From positions 1,246,070 through 1,310,069 of the forward strand of contig MU004236.1 in assembly GCA_010405405.1 (NCBI GenBank): a stretch of 64,000 bases of DNA. Reading direction: 5' to 3'. Below, piece after piece: positions 63,498 through 64,000 of the stretch (its first letter is position 1; every line of letters starts with the position of its first letter). The notes beneath the pieces were generated by a model. The model saw only the letters and a list, made by a program, of their open reading frames with translations, had not been told where the DNA came from and did no database searches. The translations under genes and the position numbers were made by a program. The DNA is from Microthyrium microscopicum. Taxonomy: Eukaryota.

Positions 63498-64000
63498 ATG
63501 GCTCGTCCACGGGGTCAATCTGGTAGAGCCGAACATTCCTCCAAGCCGTCCGCAATCGATACCAGTGTAACCAACGCACACCGACCGCCCCTGAAGTCTC
63601 GCGCCCTCTCTGCCCCATTAGTCCCGAAAGGCACGTTGCCATCGCCCTTGCAAGAACGCGGCAATGGCTTCGGACCCGTGGCCGCCACAAACCCCGGAGA
63701 TGTGGTCGACGAAGAAATCGCAAACGACCCCTTTTTCCAGCGCTACAGTCTGCCACACAACGGCGATGATAGTGACGAGGACGATGAGGCGCCTTCGTCC
63801 GAGGGTCGCATCGATAGTGTACTGTCGCCCACGAGTTCCACGGCCTCGTTGTTACGACCAGAATCGACAACGGGTGAGCCATTACTCTCGCCCTCGAGTC
63901 CTAGGTCTCCTCGATATGTAAGACTAGCGATTTCATATTCCCCCCTAGACTCATCGTGACGTGTCGAAAATAGAATTGGGAGGAAATGAGGCTGACTGGG
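63498..64000 (+). CDS. 5' part of a gene running off the window (Ser/Pro-rich N-terminus, function unassigned); exon 1 63498-63917, intron 63918-63973
   Basis: ATG-initiated GC-rich ORF (…IANDPFFQRY…LSPSSPRSPRY) ending at a GTAAGA donor, with an AAATAG acceptor at 63973; pyrimidine-rich region upstream. Confidence 0.65.

Overview
Filamentous ascomycete (Pezizomycotina-type) genomic DNA: about 15 intron-containing genes interrupted by two sharply bounded AT-rich blocks with a RIP (repeat-induced point mutation) signature. Block 1 (18820-30295) is a 5'-truncated Tad1-clade LINE with a 15-bp TSD and (CAT)n tail, into which a Ty3/gypsy chromovirus inserted (20073-28842). Block 2 (43786-62388) is a DD34E Tc1/IS630-type DNA transposon with ~75-bp TIRs and an apparent second ORF. 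It is split by a chromovirus (46212-61457), which is split by a third chromovirus (46865-54518); all LTR pairs and TSDs could be read. Host genes: 3-KH RNA-binding protein, two MDR dehydrogenases, a tandem pair of uncharacterised paralogues, a secreted SGNH/CE3 esterase, a GH63 glucosidase I, a GPI-type Ser/Thr-rich protein, a peroxisomal ABCD half-transporter, a histidine phosphatase and a partial gene at the right edge. The best candidate for a little-described system is a four-gene module (9040-17363): an intradiol dioxygenase and a PEP2-like SnoaL protein flanking a divergent QutA-like activator / QutR-like repressor pair, with no quinate-pathway enzymes. All calls come from manual reading; no database searches were run.
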